Source: an uncultured Gammaproteobacteria bacterium (GTDB taxonomy: Bacteria; Patescibacteriota; Microgenomatia; UBA8517). Taken from it: a DNA stretch of 64,000 nt. Numbering within the stretch: the stretch's first letter is position 1; each line of letters begins with the position of its first letter. Shown one piece after another: positions 61,820 to 64,000 of this stretch. A program made the position numbers and the translations under genes. The stretch is from assembly GCA_964427735.1 (NCBI GenBank), contig CAYRUS010000001.1, positions 666,756-730,755 of the forward strand, read 5' to 3'. A model generated the notes under the pieces. That model did not search any database. It was not told where the DNA came from and saw only the letters and a list, made by a program, of their open reading frames with translations.

Positions 61820-61868
61820 AATGAATGAAGCATTTGAATTTTACCAAATTTGGGTATTTTATGCTAGT

Positions 61869-62768
61869 TTATTCTGATGAAGATTCTTCCAAATCAAATT
61901 TAACAGTCTCAACTATTTTTTCTGCAGTTAAGATATTACCCTCCTCACTTGGATGAATACCATCATGATCATCAACATACTCTACCTTTCCATACTTGGA
62001 ACCGTCTTTAAGGGAAGCTTCATATGCATTTATAACCGGAACCTCTAATTCTTTGGACAAGCCAAAAACGTTTTCCATTTGCTCTAAAATCTTTAATACA
62101 TGTTTATCTGCAAAGTCTTCTGACCACACAATTCCTCCTGGACCTTTGCCAAAATTATCCTCAAGTGGGGCAATTTCTGCCATCAGATAGGTGTTTTGAG
62201 TTACTTCTTTTGCTTTTTTGATAAGTCCAGCAAGCTCGATCCAATGCTTATCGCGGTTGTGTTCGTTAAATGGATTGTAGGCAAAGCTTCCCAGGATAAT
62301 CACGTCCGGTTTTAGGTTTGAAATTGATGGGTAGCTTCTTTTACCGTTTGAGAGTCCCTTTTCAAAATACTGACCTGCATCTGTTGTTTTAGATGATCCT
62401 ATTCCATAATTGTACAATTTAAAATTTGTGTCAGGATACTTTTCTTCTAAAGCTTGTTTGAGGTAATCTAGATTTTCTCCCATGGTTTCAACCATAGAAT
62501 CACCTAGAATTGCTATGGAGTATGATTCTTTTTGTAACTGAATGCTTTCTGATGCACTTAGAACTTCCTCTGTGGTGTTGCTGATGTTTGCGATTTCTTG
62601 AACAGGGATCGGAGTTCTATTTGAGAAATTCATAATATGTGGGGGAAGGGAAGTGATTTTATTTTCATTTTCTGCTTTTTCAGCTGCGATATACAGGTTG
62701 CCCATAAAGACAAACAAAAATAAAAAAACATTGACGCTAATAAAAAAAGCAGTCAGTTTTGTCGACAT
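61869..62768 (-). CDS. SGNH/GDSL hydrolase, membrane-anchored
   Basis: ILGDSM, YN, DGIHP. Confidence 0.88.
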   Translation of the reverse strand: MSTKLTAFFISVNVFLFLFVFMGNLYIAAEKAENENKITSLPPHIMNFSNRTPIPVQEIANISNTTEEVLSASESIQLQKESYSIAILGDSMVETMGENLDYLKQALEEKYPDTNFKLYNYGIGSSKTTDAGQYFEKGLSNGKRSYPSISNLKPDVIILGSFAYNPFNEHNRDKHWIELAGLIKKAKEVTQNTYLMAEIAPLEDNFGKGPGGIVWSEDFADKHVLKILEQMENVFGLSKELEVPVINAYEASLKDGSKYGKVEYVDDHDGIHPSEEGNILTAEKIVETVKFDLEESSSE

Positions 62769-62839
62769 AATTTAATTTAACAGATTATGAAGAAAAATTT
62801 AATAGGGGTAATTTTTACAATTTTTACTGAGTTAATTGT

Positions 62840-62911
62840 GTGACTCCGGAAGGACTCGAACCTTCAACCATCAGCTTAAAAAGTCCGCCAGTTGGCGGAT
62901 CTGCCATTGAG
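62840..62911 (-). pseudogene. Partial tandem copy of tRNA-Lys interrupted by a palindrome
   Basis: 62840-62881 is identical to the tRNA-Lys 3' half; TCCGCCAGTTGGCGGA insert; D-arm match TCTGCCATTGAG. Confidence 0.8.
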
Positions 62912-62940
62912 ACTTCTAATAAGGATAGAAGTCTTTTACT

Positions 62941-63015
62941 TGGTGACTCCGGAAGGACTCGAACCTTCAACCATCAGCTTAAAAGGCTGTTGCTCTGCCA
63001 TTGAGCTACGGAGCC
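62941..63015 (-). tRNA. tRNA-Lys(TTT), CCA encoded
   Basis: GGCTCCG/CGGAGTC acceptor stem, loop CTTTTAA, GGTTCGAGTCC, ACCA end. Confidence 0.93.
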
Positions 63016-63085
63016 GGGATTAGTTTAAAACGAGCTAAATTATCTATAAATTATAACTTATTTGGCCTTTAGCCTCAAGTTGATA

Positions 63086-63448
63086 TCACTTTGAAGTGTC
63101 TGAAAACAATTCTTGTTTTATCCTTTCAAGTTCTTTTATTAAATCTTCGAATGATTCTTCGTTTTCTTTTAATCTTTCAATGTTGCGTTCTATGGTTTTG
63201 GGAGAGATTTCTTTTTTTGCCTCTTCTTCTGTCATTTTGTATCCATATTTTCCGATCTCGTAAAATACAGGTTGATTAAAAATCAAAGAGAGAAGTGCTG
63301 CTCTTTGTTGAAGATGATAAAGCATTTCACCCATTTCTACTTTCATATATATACCAATATGTGTTTGAGTATATCGTAAAACTTTTTCGGGCTGTATTTT
63401 ATTATTTTCGATATTTTTCATATTATGGGAATTATATATTAGAAACAT
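63086..63448 (-). CDS. Hypothetical protein with coiled-coil C-terminus
   Basis: ORF; probable start MKNIE. Confidence 0.5.
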   Translation of the reverse strand: MFLIYNSHNMKNIENNKIQPEKVLRYTQTHIGIYMKVEMGEMLYHLQQRAALLSLIFNQPVFYEIGKYGYKMTEEEAKKEISPKTIERNIERLKENEESFEDLIKELERIKQELFSDTSK

Positions 63449-63479
63449 TAAAAACCAAAAAATTAATCAAATATCAGAA

Positions 63480-63797
63480 TTATTTGAGTAGAAAAGTAAA
63501 TAATTTTTTTATAAAGCTTTCTGACTTTTTTCCTTTGTATTTATCTTTTTTGTCAAAAACTGGCTTACTCCAAACTGAAAGTACAATCCATTCTTTCCTT
63601 TCATTTTGCTTTGCAACTACTTCAATTTTTGTATTGCCCCAGGTTTTGTAATATACCCAGGCTCCTTTGGTGGCTGCATAGCGGCTTTGGTCAGGACGCT
63701 TCCATGTAGCCCAAGCATCACCTTGCTTAATGCCTCTTTCTTGTAGGCGTTGAATAGCATGATTTGTCCATATTATTCCACCGTAATTCCTGTCCAT
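63480..63797 (-). CDS. DUF4258/RelE-fold-like small protein
   Basis: WTNHAIQRLQERGI...IVLSVW. Confidence 0.6.
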   Translation of the reverse strand: MDRNYGGIIWTNHAIQRLQERGIKQGDAWATWKRPDQSRYAATKGAWVYYKTWGNTKIEVVAKQNERKEWIVLSVWSKPVFDKKDKYKGKKSESFIKKLFTFLLK

Positions 63798-63825
63798 TAA
63801 GCTTATTGTGCCACAAACGAATAAA

Positions 63826-63935
63826 CAAAAAAAAGCACCTTAGCTATGGAGGCGGAAAGGTTGTTCCCAAGCGAACTTGGTAGAACCTGACTTGCGTCTA
63901 TAAAGTTAAAGCTATAAGCAATTGACGTGGGAGAA
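63826..63935 (-). ncRNA. Candidate stand-alone hairpin ncRNA
   Basis: TATAAT at 63946-63941, long imperfect stem capped by CCAAG-TTCG-CTTGG, ending in a T run. Confidence 0.45.
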
Positions 63936-64000
63936 CTTACATTATAATCACATCTTAGATGGTAATGAAATCGTTGAAAATGATTTCATTAAATGTCTTA

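Noticed and set aside
62840-62881. tRNA-Lys duplicate as the att site of the defence element
   Set aside because: It lies about 100 bp from its parent and outside the GGG/CCC-depleted region; the element ends at tRNA-Gln
1258-63651. Short ORFs in the track overlapping long genes (e.g. 18250-18642, 32473-32862, 37438-37902, 59523-59888)
   Set aside because: Antisense or off-frame shadows of well-supported CDSs with no motifs of their own
1-64000. CRISPR array or cas genes
   Set aside because: No regularly spaced direct repeats or Cas motifs seen

Overview
AT-rich bacterial chromosome segment. Gene content and style suggest a Candidate Phyla Radiation (Patescibacteria, probably Microgenomates) genome using the standard genetic code: class II RNR, ATP-dependent DNA ligase, stand-alone 5'-3' exonuclease, orphan VirD4/HerA-like ATPase, many short orphans, and -10 boxes directly before start codons. 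Positions 1-49118 and 61748-64000 are mostly housekeeping: pbp, nrdR-nrdJ-pduO, xer, trpS, ftsH, mutM, recF, lig, pth, dsbA/B, trxA/B and five tRNAs. Positions 49119-61747 form a ~12.6 kb integrative defence element at the 3' end of tRNA-Gln. It carries a large serine recombinase and a type I R-M operon interleaved with DUF4145, Shedu and NucS/DUF5655 genes. Most striking observations: (1) the element almost completely lacks GGG/CCC, and every coding exception I found is forced by a Trp codon followed by a G-starting codon; (2) the attachment site lies inside the recombinase ORF, so integration and excision swap its C-terminus; (3) a circularly permuted DsbA; (4) a Trp leader-peptide attenuator upstream of racemase-trpS; (5) a tRNA-Ile with a UAU anticodon; (6) several unannotated structured RNAs. 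All calls are by eye; no database searches were run.
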